Shown here: positions 12,777 through 25,129 of the stretch, one piece after another | Numbering within the stretch: the stretch's first letter is position 1 | Layout of the letters: each line of letters begins with the position of its first letter | Source: Octopus sinensis | Lineage: Eukaryota | Length of the DNA: 64,000 nt | Reading direction: 5' to 3' | Assembly: GCF_006345805.1 (NCBI RefSeq) | Contig: NC_043003.1 | Location: 87,978,001-88,042,000, forward strand | Program-made: the position numbers and the translations under genes | The notes under the pieces: generated by a model | The model's database searches: none | What the model saw: the letters and a program-made list of their open reading frames with translations, nothing else | Told to the model about the DNA's origin: nothing

Positions 12777-14199
12777 TAGCACACAGTTGTTAATTGTGGA
12801 ACACAACTGTCACTACATAAACCTGATGATTGCATAATACATAAAAGTATTAGTTTGTTTCAATACTGTAAAATTGTAAAAATAGCAAATAATAAAGAGA
12901 ATACATTGGAATTTCATTCATTAATATATTTTTCTATATACAATCATGCAAACTCGTATACACACACACACACACACACACATACACACACATATTGAAG
13001 TATGCATATTTAATCAATCCTGCATTTGATTGACTAAATTGCAATAGAAATAGAGCATTTAGTTGCTATGCTTTTCTTTTAAAATGAATAAATATGCAAA
13101 CTGCAATGTGCAGCAACTGCATTGTGCAAGCTATTTGAAATGTGTGTAAGCTAAATAAACCACTGATAATGCATCTTCATTCTTTTTGTTTTTTCTAATA
13201 TACTCTGTAATTAATATACTGAATTTAGCCAGTGTTCCACTTTGGATTTACAAATTATACCTGTAACAGGAAATGAATAACGATGTATATGGGTTGCCGT
13301 AATAATAAGTGGACAATTTAGTTAGCCAAATTTTATTTCTACAGAGTGCATAAGGAAGTAAACGTCTGGATTTATTTAATCCCTATTTTCCTTCATATAT
13401 CATATAGATATATGTGTGTGTGTGCGTGTAAACTACATAATCATCACCACCACACTACAAACTAGGCTGTGTGTGGGAGATAATTTGCTTAACAAGCATA
13501 GGCAAAATGGAAGTTGAACAGGTAACAAACTCCTAATTTCTATAAATTATTGAAATAAAAACGGAATGTTATTAAATTGTTATACAATGCATACTATCCC
13601 ACAAACAAGCAACAGAGATGGACTGCATGCACACACACAGATACGCACATGCACTGACACCCACACACACCATCCAGTCAAAAAGATAGGGCCAATAGAT
13701 ACATGATACAAAGAGATAAACATTTTACCACCAATACTCATGAACATACACACACACACATGTCCTCTCTAATGCATTTACAGAACCAACCATCCCACAC
13801 AAACACACATCCATGCACACACTAGAACACCCACACACACACATACACTCTCCCTTTCTTTCTTCCTCTCTCTTTCACAAACATTTCCACTCACATTCAT
13901 ACAAGTACATAAATACAGAACCTAAAACTAGCAGACAGACCTGAAGCTGACCTGGAGTAGGAACTGTCTTTATATTCATATCTTTAATTGTTTCATCTAT
14001 TATTCATCTGTCAAATATAATGACTCAGTTGTGTTCACATTCTCCCATTCCCCATTACATTTAGTAGCCTCTTGTAATAGTACTTCCAGGCTTTTCTTTT
14101 CATCATCACTCAGTGCAAGTATACTGTCATCCATCCATACACAATTCTCATCTACTATTCTCATTCTTCCTACCCTGTCTCTTCACTTTTGTGGCTCTG

Positions 14200-14770
14200 T
14201 GTGCTTCACCTTTGATCTAGTTGGAAAATAGTACCAGCAAAAGATTTGTACTGTCACCCTCAGTAGGTTGTCTTGTAAGAACTTCCAGTTATCCTTAATG
14301 TTATACATCTCTATAGCCTCCTCCTTCATGCCGGATGCTTCAATCAGAACAGCTCTAAATATCTGACTATTCTAAACTTCCAAACCCTCCTTTTCTAAAC
14401 TGGTTTGTGTCTCTGAGTCCTTCTCAGTCTGAGTCTAAAATCACTAACCATTAGCCTATGTTGGGCAGTACATTATTCACCAGGGAAGCACTTCACATTC
14501 ACAAGCATTTGCCTATCCTTTTTTCTGATATGGATGTAGTCAATCTGGCTGGTGTACCCACTATATTATAATTGATCAGGTGGGTAGATAGCTTCCTGAT
14601 GTTAATGTTGGAGATCAATAGCTCATTTGCATCAGAGAGCTCCAGCAGCCTTGTTCCTTCCTCCTTTCTCAAAGCAAAACCATAGCTTCCATGTACTCCA
14701 TGAAATCCTTTGGGGGTACTGTCCAACATGTCCTTTGAAGTCACCAGCCACAATAATGAGGTCATTGTCA
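14200..14770 (-). mobile_element. RTE LINE endonuclease-region fragment
   Basis: GFHGVHGSYGF...EEGTRLLE...SQIDYI homologous to 1100-1380. Confidence 0.75.
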
Positions 14771-15164
14771 TTAACCCTTTTAGAAGAAATATGGTTTGAT
14801 GACAAAGTAATTTAACAAACAAAAACCAAATGTTTATATAACTTACATGTCCACACAACACTTAGATTTTACAGTGCCTTCTGTATGATCCACAGAATAC
14901 TTTTGAGGTGAGGTGCCAAGAACTAAAATTTGAAAACAAAGAGAAATTTGAAACATGAAACCAAACCATTTTATTATCATAGAGAACAAGTAGATCAAAA
15001 TATATGCAGTGAAAAAAAAAATCAGAAGTGAAAATGAGAATAAATACCTTCTAATTAAACCAACTAAACTTTTAAAATCTAACTTTGCTAATTATTTTCT
15101 AAACATGTTCACATACTGGATCTAATGTGTCAAAGGACTGTTGCTCCTATTACACATTAGGTAC

Positions 15165-15510
15165 AGACATGGCAATGTGGTTAAGAAGCTAGCTTTCTAA
15201 CCATGTGATCACGGGTGCAATCCCTTTGTGTGGCACCTTGGATAAGTGTCTTCTACTATAGTCCTTGTGTGCCTATAGCCCTAGGTTCAGCAATGCCATG
15301 TACATGGATTTGATAGACAAAAACTGAATGAAACCCATTGTAGACATATATGTGTAGATTTTGTATACCTTTGTGATGGTTGCAAACAAGTAATAATGTT
15401 ATACAAACAATGTAGTTCATTTATAATCTTCCATGAAAAAATTTGCTTCAACAAATTCTGCCTGACTCACACAAACACAGGAAAATAGACATTAAATAAT
15501 CATCATCATT
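15165..15510 (+). mobile_element. tRNA-derived CORE-type SINE
   Basis: A-box-like TGGCAATGTGGTT, B-box-like GGGTGCAATCCC, CORE-like CACCTTGGATAAGTGTCTT, and an RTE-like tail ending ACATTAAATAATCATCAT. Confidence 0.6.
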
Positions 15511-15536
15511 TAACATGCTTTCAGTGGAGAGAGAGA

Positions 15537-15577
<41 letters not shown>

Positions 15578-15719
15578 TGTGTGTGTGTGTGTTCGTTCTC
15601 ATCCTATTTTAAATTTAGAGTAAATTTTGACTGGCCACCAGCTTGGTAGCAAAGCTGTGAGTTGTGAGATGAAGTATCATGATTTAACCATCATCCTTAA
15701 AATATTAAGAAGGTCTTAC

Positions 15720-17030
15720 AAATTTTTATAGTCCCAGATATTATGATCATTTGTAGCTTATGAATTAAGGGTTTGCATTATCTCCCCAAGATTTTGTGTC
15801 CAGGGGCAAGCTGATTTCCAAAACTGAACATATCGTTTCTTTGTGGTTCCACACAACAATATCTGGCCAGTTGTGTTTTAATTTGGTGGCTGTTTCAATT
15901 TTCAAGTCCCACCAGTATTCTTTTGACCCATCAGTTTCAATATGGGGTCAACTTCGTTTATAGGTATTCTCTTTTTTTGTTATCCTGTTCCAGACTGTTC
16001 TGACCACCGTATCATGTCTCATAGGAAGATAATATCTGGAAGACACTCTCACAGTTGGCAATAATGTGGTTTGATGTCATTAGTCTTGGCCTTGCACAGC
16101 CTATATTTGTTGTTTGTCAACATTTTCTGCTTTTTATGTTGTAGGTACTTGGTGGAGATCTCTTGTTCTTGGACAGCATGGATATAACCTTCAAACTGGG
16201 ATGTCATAAACTTGGTACTCCATGCCAAGCTGTTGACATGATCTATGGTTTTTGCTTTACTTGCCAAGTACCCATCTTCATTTTTTTCTTCTGCTGTTCT
16301 CATAAGTAGATTTTACCAGTGCTCCTTGGGGAGAAATCTGTATCAATTCTTATTTCATACCTCTCCTCACACTCATTAGCTATCCTAATTATGTTGTTGG
16401 TTTCATATTTACAAACTCAGGCAAGATAGTTATTGGTTTCTTTCTGTTTTTGTAGGACAGGCACTGCAAAGGTGTTGTGGCCAATATGTTTGTTGTAAGC
16501 TAAGATTCCTAATGACTATATTTCTCATTTTTAGGCTTTCAGAGGAGGGCACAACTTTACCATGTTTTACTGTCAAAAAACCACATTTAGACTCACCAAA
16601 TTTAATCCCAATGTCTGTAGAAAATTGGGTTATAAGGTCCAATTGTTTTATTATGTGGTTGATATTTAGCTGACACAGTTTCAGGTCATTGACCAAAGAA
16701 AGACGAGAGATGTTTTTTATCCATTTCTCTGGTCACTATGTCTTGTGAGCAGGTATGATAGTGGATTTAGTGAGAGGACAAAGAGTAACACCAACAGGCT
16801 GTCATCCTGACAGATGCCTTTCTGGTAGTGAATGCTATCCAACTCAATTTGCTCCTTTTCACTCCTAAGGAGCAAAATGGTGTACTGAGTTTTGGTCAGG
16901 CATTCAATAGCACTCATTAGTGGGATCTTTACCTTTTGACTGATAGATTTAAAAAATAATTTTTTGTGACTAAACACTTTCAAACTTCGGACACTGGTAG
17001 AATGTGTCATATAAAACATCTTTTACTCTT
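15720..17030 (-). mobile_element. Degenerate R4/Dong-like non-LTR retroelement (RT, CCHC finger, restriction-like endonuclease)
   Basis: Fragments KGICQDDSLLVLLFVLSLNPL, DLKL...DIGIKFGESKC, EGYIHAVQEQEI...YRLC, RHDTVV (about 16005-16021) and HNWPDIVVWNHKETICSVLEISLPLD (about 15800-15880). Confidence 0.75.
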
Positions 17031-18800
17031 AGCGTTTTTGAGAAAAGCTTATATTTAGGAAGTTATTTCATGTTAAAGTTGTAGTATTTCGGTAATTTCA
17101 ACCAATCAATGATGTGTATTCAGCTGAATAAAATTACTGCTGTTCTTTGTCAACAAGAACTTCCAGCGGTGTATATTTCATTTGTCACTGTTATTTATGA
17201 CAACCCTAACCCTAAAACCTTAAAGCTAAAACCAGTACAAACGCACAGAACGATATCATAAATAGCCACATTGTTGGTGTGATTACTATTAAATTCAGCT
17301 GACTGCTCTGTCTGTCCATTGGTGGAAGTGAGGTGACTATCTTCAATGGCTGGCTACTTTGAATTAGATATGTCTGTTAGAGGTATCAATTTATATCAAA
17401 TGATACATCTTGTTTGTTCGTTTAAATGTTTTGGGGAAAAATCTAATTCTGAGTGTTTACAAGTTCCACAAATTTCTTAGCCTTTGCATAAAACCAAACT
17501 TCTGAGGGTCAGATTCTATATATGTTTCATATAAATCATTAATTTTATAGGTCTATTTTATACAATGATTGCAGTTATGACTTAGTCAAAAAAGACATAC
17601 ATTTAGCCATAATTGTGTCTATTCAGTAATATTTGCATTTGTTTTTCAAAATAGACAATGATGTTCTTTAAAAGTTTCAACAGTTTTGTCAGAACAAAAT
17701 TTGAAATTAATCACAGCTTGGGTAATCTTTTCTTTCAGATTGTTTTAAATCCTACTACTATATTTAAATGTACATATTGAGTGATGTTTATCTTTTTCGT
17801 AAACTGTTTTGAAACATCTTATTTCTTTATGTATGTAATGCTACAGTGCTGTGTTTACATAAATGTGTTAACATGCATGGATTGTTTATATAGACATACA
17901 GGAAAGAAGGAAGGCAAGTATACATGCATGTGCGTGTATACATGTATGTATATGTATATATGTATGCAAGCATGCATGTACGCATGTATGCATACATACA
18001 TACAAAATATGACCCATTGATTCAATTATTTCAATATATATGGTCAAATTTATGTTTATAAGTGTATATATGTATGTGTATATATATATATGTGTTGTAT
18101 GTCTTGTTTCTTTGTTGTTTGAAAAAAGTTTGTTTCCATATTTTTGTTTTTGTTTTCGTTTCTCATTGTGTTCAATGTTTTTTTGATGTCCTGTACCCAT
18201 ATATGCATGTATATATACATATAGATGTAGGTATGTACATATATGTATGTATATATGCATATATTTATATTATTATTATATGATCGAACGCCACGCATCC
18301 TTTTCCAAGTAAGTTTTATCTTAATAATTATGATGCGCACTCTTCAACTTTTACTAATTCTCCTCTGTCTATCTCTCTCCCTCTCTTGTTCTTCATCCTT
18401 TCTGGTTTTCTCTCCCACCCTTCCCTATTCTTCTCCTCTCCCCTTCACCGTTCCCTCTCTCTTACTCCTCCTCGACTCTCTCATCACTGACACGTGACCT
18501 AAGAGAAGCCATTTTTCCAACTGCTATCTTCACTGAGACAAGACAGCTTATCCAGTCCCTCTCATAAGCTGTCTCCTTAATGCTTCAAAATAATTTTTCC
18601 ATTGTCTAGGCTTAACAGCCCTCATAGTTTGTTTTTACTGTGTTATTCTCTTTGTCCTGTCTTTTACTGTTTTTATTTGTATTGTTTTTACTGTCTTGTT
18701 TTGTTCTTACTGCCCTGTTCTTGTTACCACTTTTACCCCTATGCAAAAAATCCTAAATTTCATTTAATTTGCTTTGCAGGAAGGACTGTTTTAACGAAGT

Positions 18801-18871
18801 CGCGTCTTGTCCTTACCTTCGAAACGCGGAGTAGATGAAACAGGGACAACTGAAGAAGGGGAATATTCCTT
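18801..18871 (+). ncRNA. Hammerhead ribozyme components in permuted order
   Basis: CGCG-UC-UUGUCCUU, then ACCUUC-GAAA-CGCG, then ...CAGGGACAA-CUGAAGA-AGGGGAAUAUUCCUU. Confidence 0.65.
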
Positions 18872-19062
18872 GTGTTGTATGTCTTGTACTCTGTTTTTTC
18901 GTTGTTTAAAAAAAAGTTTGTACCATATTTTTGTTTTTATGTTTTCGTTTCTCATTGTGTTCAATGTTTTTTTTATGTCCTGTACCCATATATGCATGTA
19001 TATATACATATAGATGTAAGTATGTACATATATGTATGTATATATGCATATATTTATATATT

Positions 19063-19406
19063 CAAAAACAATTGCAGCATGGAAGGTGTTTATAAGCCAT
19101 TTAAGAAACACACAAAAGCCGTTCGATTCACTTCAACATTTAAGTTTAATTTGTCAAAATATTTTCGTCGCTAAAATCCGCGACCTGTTCACTGACAAAG
19201 TCCGTGCAGCATGGACTTTGTCAGTGAACAGGTCGCGGATTTTAGCGACGAAAATATTTTGACAAATTAAACTTAAATGTTGAAGTGAATCGAACGGCTT
19301 TTGTGTGTTTCTTAAATGGCTTATAAACACCTTCCACGCTGCAATTGTTTTCGTTTCAGCACACGATCTCAGATCAAATTACTTGCTATGCGAGTACATC
19401 TCCGTA
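19063..19406. mobile_element. 344-bp foldback insertion with 13-bp TSD; 143-bp arms (19065-19351) around a 1-nt loop
   Basis: Arms differ at only 2 positions; centre at 19208; ATATTTATATATT at 19050-19062 and 19407-19419. Confidence 0.9.
19217..19266 (+). ncRNA. Minimal hammerhead motif with G3:C8 core (mirror copy on minus strand at about 19150-19199)
   Basis: UUUGUCA-GUGAACA-G-GUCGC(ggauuuua)GCGAC-GAAA-AUAU-UU-UGACAAA. Confidence 0.7.
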
Positions 19407-19599
19407 ATATTTATATATTGTTTATATTATATGATCGAACGCCATGCATCCTTCTCCAGGTATATATATATGTATGCATGCATGTGCATGAATATGTGTG
19501 TATATGTGCATATGTGTATGTGCATGTGTGAGAGCATGTTGTATGCATGTGTATCTTTATATGTCTATACTGCTATTATAACTTTTATTATTATTGTTA

Positions 19600-19908
19600 T
19601 TATTTGTTCGTTGATGGTGCCATGTAGATAGCACCCATGCATTGTAGTCATTTTGGTTGCCATACCATGAAAATGGCACCCACCAATGAGTCAGTCATGG
19701 TTGTTGCTGGTGTCATGTAAATGGCACCCATGCTGGTAGCATGTAAAAGCATCCATTACTCCTGGAGTGGTTGGTTTAGGAAGAGCATCCAGCTGTAGAA
19801 ACCATGCCAAATCAGACTGGAACTTGGTGCAGCTCTCTGGCTCATCAGCTTCAGTCAAACTGTCTAACCCATGCCAGCCTGGAGAGCAGACATTAAATGA
19901 TGATGATT
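19600..19908 (+). mobile_element. RTE LINE 3' UTR/tail fragment
   Basis: ...AGGAAGAGCATCCAGCTGTAGAAACC...CCCATGCCAGC...ATTAAATGATGATGAT. Confidence 0.75.
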
Positions 19909-20140
19909 AAGGCAGTGAACTGGCAGAACTGTTAAGCACACTGGGTGAAATGCTTAGCAATATTTCATGTCATTATGTTCTGAGTTCAAATTTCACCCAG
20001 GTCAACTTTACCATTCATCCTTTTCGGGCTTAAAAAAATAAGTACCAGTTAAGCACTGGGGTCAATGTAATCAACTTACCCTCATACCCTGGAATTGCTA
20101 GCTTTGTGCCAAAATTTGAAACTATTATTATTATTATTTG
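19909..20140 (+). mobile_element. tRNA-related SINE with (ATT)n tail
   Basis: AAGGCAGTGAACTGGCAGAA...GAGTTCAAATT (B-box-like)...AAGTACCAGTT..CACTGGGGTCAAT...ATTATTATT. Confidence 0.6.
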
Positions 20141-21469
20141 GCCCAAGGTGCCTTGACACCACTAATATGTTGTTCAAGACCATATACTCCCAATTCCCTT
20201 TGCTAGTAAGTCTCTTAACCACACTCTGACACCTGGTTCATTTCCTCCCATCCTCTTCCCCAAATTCATGACCTTCTCAATTTTCTTTGTCCTCTTTCAC
20301 AGATTTTGTATGCAAACACAGATATCACTGTCCTATTTCTTTTCAATACTATTCATTCCCTTCCTTTCCTTTCCTTCCCCACTACTTCACTTTATCTCTC
20401 TCTTTTTCTCTCCTTTTTTTTCTATCTTCTTTCATTCTCTTTTCTATATATATTCATCCTCCTAACTCAGTAGCTGACTACCAAGTGGGGTGCAAGCCCT
20501 TGAGAAAAAGCAGGAATTTCTCTAATTATATTTGTTATTCTCTTAATGAAAGCATGGTCAAATAATGAGAAGATGAAAAATGCAAAGTATCATCTTATAC
20601 CTTTAGTTTTCTTATTCTATTATCATAGCCACTTACCATTTTCTGTACTTATTGACCCCACTTCATATCCCTCAAAACTCTCACTAATTCTGAATTGTAG
20701 TTTTAACATTTGTAGTTTTAACATTTACCTATATTTAGTAATTACTTTTGTTACCACTGGTATAAAGTTTAGATATTATTATCATGTAAAGACAAACAAC
20801 TTTTCCAGTTAATAGATTATAAACAAGTTTGATCCACAGTTTTCATATATATGAAATAATGTGATTCTTAAAAATCAAGAAACATGCTGAAATATTATCA
20901 AATCATTATAGTAACATACTAAGAAATATTAACTTAATTTTAAAAAATTGAAAACTGTTTAAAAGTTTTAGCAAAAGGAAAAGTACGATATATTTAAAAA
21001 TAAGAAATAAAACAAAAAATATCGCTCAATTTTATAAAGTCTCAAAAAATTAAAACACAGATTGAAAAAATAAAAAAAATTTAACAATAAAACCAAAATT
21101 TTTAATATTAAATATATATGTTAAAAATATAGTAAATTTTTTTGTAAGAAAAATATTACAGAAAGCAAAATTTTAAACTAAAATTCAGATTTAGATATTA
21201 CAGAAAGTACTAGGTAAAACTAAAAGCTATGCAAAATCTTTTCTTTTTTAAAGAAACTTTTTTTATATTTTCATACAAATAAATACAATATTATATTGTA
21301 AAAATTTTTCAAATAACTTTTTTTAAAAATTTTATTACAAATTTTTTGTTTTAATTTTTTTTCAAAACTTTTTACTCCAAGCATTCTAACTTGGGCCTTA
21401 ACATTGCCTTACATGTGTCTTATCTTTTGTTCACATATTTGTGTTGTCCACTGCATATCAAATAATTCG

Positions 21470-21907
21470 CAATGAGTACAAAGAAACAGAAGCATCTTAA
21501 TGAATATATTCAATTTGGATTCATGTCCTTCCAAAACAGTGACATGTTACAAAACTTTGAGAAATGATGGAATGTGGCTCTCACACTTGGAATGCCACTT
21601 GAGGACAACACATCCTGCTCTCGCAGACAGGTCCAAGGCATCTTTTGAAACAAAAAGACATTCCTTGAAGCAAGCTAAGTTGGATGGTGGTGGGGCATTT
21701 CAGCAGCAAACTTCAATGGTTGTTGAGGCTTCCTATGAGATTGTCATATTGATTGCAAAGAACAAGAAGAGCCATAACATTGGAGAGTCTCTCATAAAAC
21801 CAAGTCTACTCCATGCAGCAGAACTCATTCTGGGGAAAGATAGTGCAAACAAGCTTTCCCAGATTTCACTATCAAACAATACAGCCAAGGAAAGGATCAA
21901 CAGCTAA
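21470..21907 (+). pseudogene. hAT (Charlie/Buster, ZBED5-like) transposase N-terminal fragment
   Basis: YIQFGF...CYKTL...HLRTTHP (BED-like) ...ASYEIVILIAKNKKSHNIGESLIKP...ISLSNNTAKERI. Confidence 0.85.
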
Positions 21908-22270
21908 AGGGCATAGGCCAAGATAATGGTTGCTAATCCATGTTGCAGCACTAGTCTAAGCTTAAGTATTCTATCACAGACCCTGACTACCTCAATTATC
22001 TCATCAACCCATTTCTCCACAAGGAGTATACCCACGCCCCCAACCCCATCAGTGTTCCCTACCCAGAAAACTTTATACCTATGTTCTTTGCTGTGAGGAA
22101 CCTAGCAGAACTTCTCTCCACCTTACTTCTTCGATGCAACACAAATCTATATGTCTCCGTTCAAGCATCTCAACAATCTCACCAGATGTACCTTTCAATG
22201 TGCCAACATTAAGTGTGCCAACTCTGAGGGTGTGGAAGATGTGGGCTGGTGAGATGGAGGACAGCAACAT
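21908..22270 (-). mobile_element. RTE LINE 5' endonuclease fragment
   Basis: TLRVGTLNVGTLKGTSGEIVEMLERRHIDLCCIEEVRWR. Confidence 0.85.
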
Positions 22271-24800
22271 TATGCATATGAAAAGAAAGCTCGCATTTGG
22301 CAGATCTCGTAAACATATAAATAGCCCTCAACCTGCATACACTACACCATCATTTTATTCACTACATAATCACTACATTCAACAGAAATAGATACTAGGT
22401 AGGGATGGCAGGGTAAAGGAGGGGGGAAAGTGTTCCATACAGTAAGCCAAGGTGCTCAAGACAAAGACATCCAGTAGAGGTGGTGGTTTGCATGGCAAAC
22501 AGCAAAGCTCTGTGGCTGCCCTGTTTCCAAGTAGAAGCCAATGTGCATAGCCACAGACAAAGCTAGTAACTAATTAACAATCAACATGGGAAAAGTAAGT
22601 GGTTAACAAAACAGAGAGAGAGAGAGAGCAATGAAATTTTCCAGAATTAGGGCTGGTCGAAAACAAAACATTAAGAGATGGAATTTTTTATATTTAGAGA
22701 AAGAGTAAACAGAATTGAACAATTGGATTACTTAACTTTGCTATAATATGCCACTAAAGGAATAACAATAGTAATTATAAAGAGCACTATAGAGTGAAAC
22801 AGAATTGAAAATTTGCATTCTTAACATTGACTATAGCTATAAATATAAGCTACAGTATGGAGTAATCCAAACTCTGTGACAAAAATAGATAAATAAATGA
22901 ATGAATAACAACAATAATAATAATTATAATGAGTGTTAAGGTGAAAGGGAACTGAACCGAATTGAACATAGGGTTTCTTAAGTTTACTATAACATACAGC
23001 ATGGAATAAATAAAACTGTGTGGGTGCATAGATAAATTAATGAATAATTATAATTTGTGCAGTAAAATGAGGTTTAGATGTGTAAGTATCTAGACACATT
23101 TTTAAAGCAAAAAACCTTCCATCCCCAAACTGAGGTCAAAACTGAATTCAAGGATCTCTTGGCATCAAAACCTTTGGACTTTTATTGAACAGGCATAAAT
23201 AACTTTTTTAATTGATGGGAGAAAAGCATAGCTATTCAGAGATCATATTTTGAATAATTAAACCTTTGTGTAAGTTCAGTTTTTCAAGAATATAGGCTTA
23301 TTTTTAAAATTGGCCGTTATTTTCCAAAAATACCTAATACACATACATACGTACAAACAGACATACATACACAAACAAACATATATACACACATATCACA
23401 CAAGACAGAACTGATTATCTCAAGGGAAAATGTGTCCATCTCATTACAATATTGCAATGCTACTGCCAATATTTTGCATCAATTATATTCATTTAAATTT
23501 TACAACACTAATGGTTTATGACAACCTTATTACATAATATGTACCTATTTGACAAAATTGATATCTTTTGAGATAATCAATAATGTGTTCAATATTAGAG
23601 AATTTATTTTAAAAATCAGAGATAATCATATTAGCCTGGTTCTTCTGTCCCGACTCACTTCTACTTAGCTCATACATTAAGGGTCCCCCTAGACTACTCA
23701 TCACCACTATTCTTATCTCTTCACAGCTCCATCCTGATCACCCACAATCTCTCTTCTAAAATTTGAGTAGTCTTGTAGCTCCTTTACAGCAAGAAACCTG
23801 TTTTGCTGCGGCCCCTTCTATCATACCTGAACCGCTTAACTCCCAGCATAAAGCTTCATCTCTCTTGTAAGCTGCATGGTAATCTCACTAGTAATTGTAC
23901 CATGAAAAAAGAGCACCTAGTGGTTAGTGTTAGGGAGAGCATCTAGTCACAAAATCCATGCCAAAGTAGACACTGGAACACACTGCAGTTCTTGGACTTG
24001 TCAGATCCTGTCAAACCATTCAACTCATGCCAGCTTAGAACATGGACACTAAATGATGATGATAATGATGAATCAAATAATTCAGCTGGCTGTGTGGCTA
24101 ACAAGTTTATTTCACAACCACATGCTTTGGAGTTTGGTTCCAGTAGCTGGTTCAATTAACTCTTTATGTAATCCATGCTACCACGGAAGAAATAGGCATT
24201 AAACAAATTAAAAAAAGAAGTCCTATAGTGCTGACATTGAAATGATCAGTTAAATATTTTAGCATTTATTTAAGGACTTCCTAAACCTGTCACCCACCTA
24301 TTTTTATCTTTTAATCTGGTGCAGAATGTACAGAGCTAAAACAGACACTGCAGGTGATCTCACCTGATGCTCTAACAATCCAGAAATCCACATCTTGGAC
24401 TGGAAAGATAAGAATCTTAATTACTATTAAAAGACTATGATAACTGTGGACTGACAGGTAAGGAGATATCCCTCTGACAGAAAGTGGTGACCATAATTAC
24501 TTTGAAGAAAAACAGTTACAGATAATAGAGATAACTGATACTTCTGGTCTATATCGTAAGATTTAAAAAGAGATGAACTTATGATAAAATAAAAAGCAGA
24601 ATGTTAGTTTTAATTTATATTTATATGTTTGATTTTTGTTTCCATTAACAAATTTTGGTCTATTTGTTTTGTAATTTATATTCTATATTTTTACAGCCAA
24701 ATTTTGGTCTGTTTATTTTGTAATTTATATTCTATATTTTATACTTTTTTAGTATCTTTTAAGTATTTTTATAACTTTTGTCACCTTGAATGCTATAAAA

Positions 24801-25016
24801 CAGGGGTGGGCAAACTTTTTTGATCGCGGGCCGCACAGTGCGTCTTTGGAATCTTGGCGGGCCTCATTTATAAAAATCAAGTGAAAATATTGTGAATTAC
24901 CGTACAGTTACGAAGTATCTGCATAGAAGTTGGGATTCATAAAAGCTCTCGGCGGGCCGCATGAAAACCTATGGCGGGCCGCATGCGGCCCGCGGGCCGT
25001 AGTTTGCCCACCCCTG
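24801..25016. mobile_element. 216-bp hAT-Charlie MITE
   Basis: Perfect 16-bp TIR CAGGGGTGGGCAAACT; 8-bp TSD CTATAAAA at 24793-24800 and 25017-25024; GCGGGCCGC subterminal repeats. Confidence 0.95.
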
Positions 25017-25129
25017 CTATAAAACAATGGAAAGCTGAATGTGATTCAGAAGTGCTATCAAAGCCAGTCACCAGTATACAGCTGCTTGATCATATTCATT
25101 TATATAATTATTTGCAAAGTAATTTATGT

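Larger units (their letters stand above)
18082..19460 (+). mobile_element. Non-autonomous PLE/retrozyme-like element: two direct terminal repeats about 790 bp apart around a pyrimidine-rich body
   Basis: Block TGTGTTGTATGTCTTGT...ATGATCGAACGCCA at 18082-18310 repeats at 18871-19460 (second copy interrupted); hammerhead parts lie immediately before the second copy. Confidence 0.6.

Noticed and set aside
13200-13270. Possible terminal exon on the minus strand (GIICKSKVEHWLNSVY*)
   Set aside because: Only an AG and a short frame; no recognisable homology.
15165-15240. tRNA-like sequence
   Set aside because: A degenerate SINE head followed by a CORE-like segment; no intact cloverleaf.
17205-17216. 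AACCCTAACCCTAA telomere-like doublet
   Set aside because: Only two units; not an interstitial telomere.
24320-24460. Acceptor/donor pair (CAG|GTAAGG)
   Set aside because: All three frames contain stops; at best non-coding.
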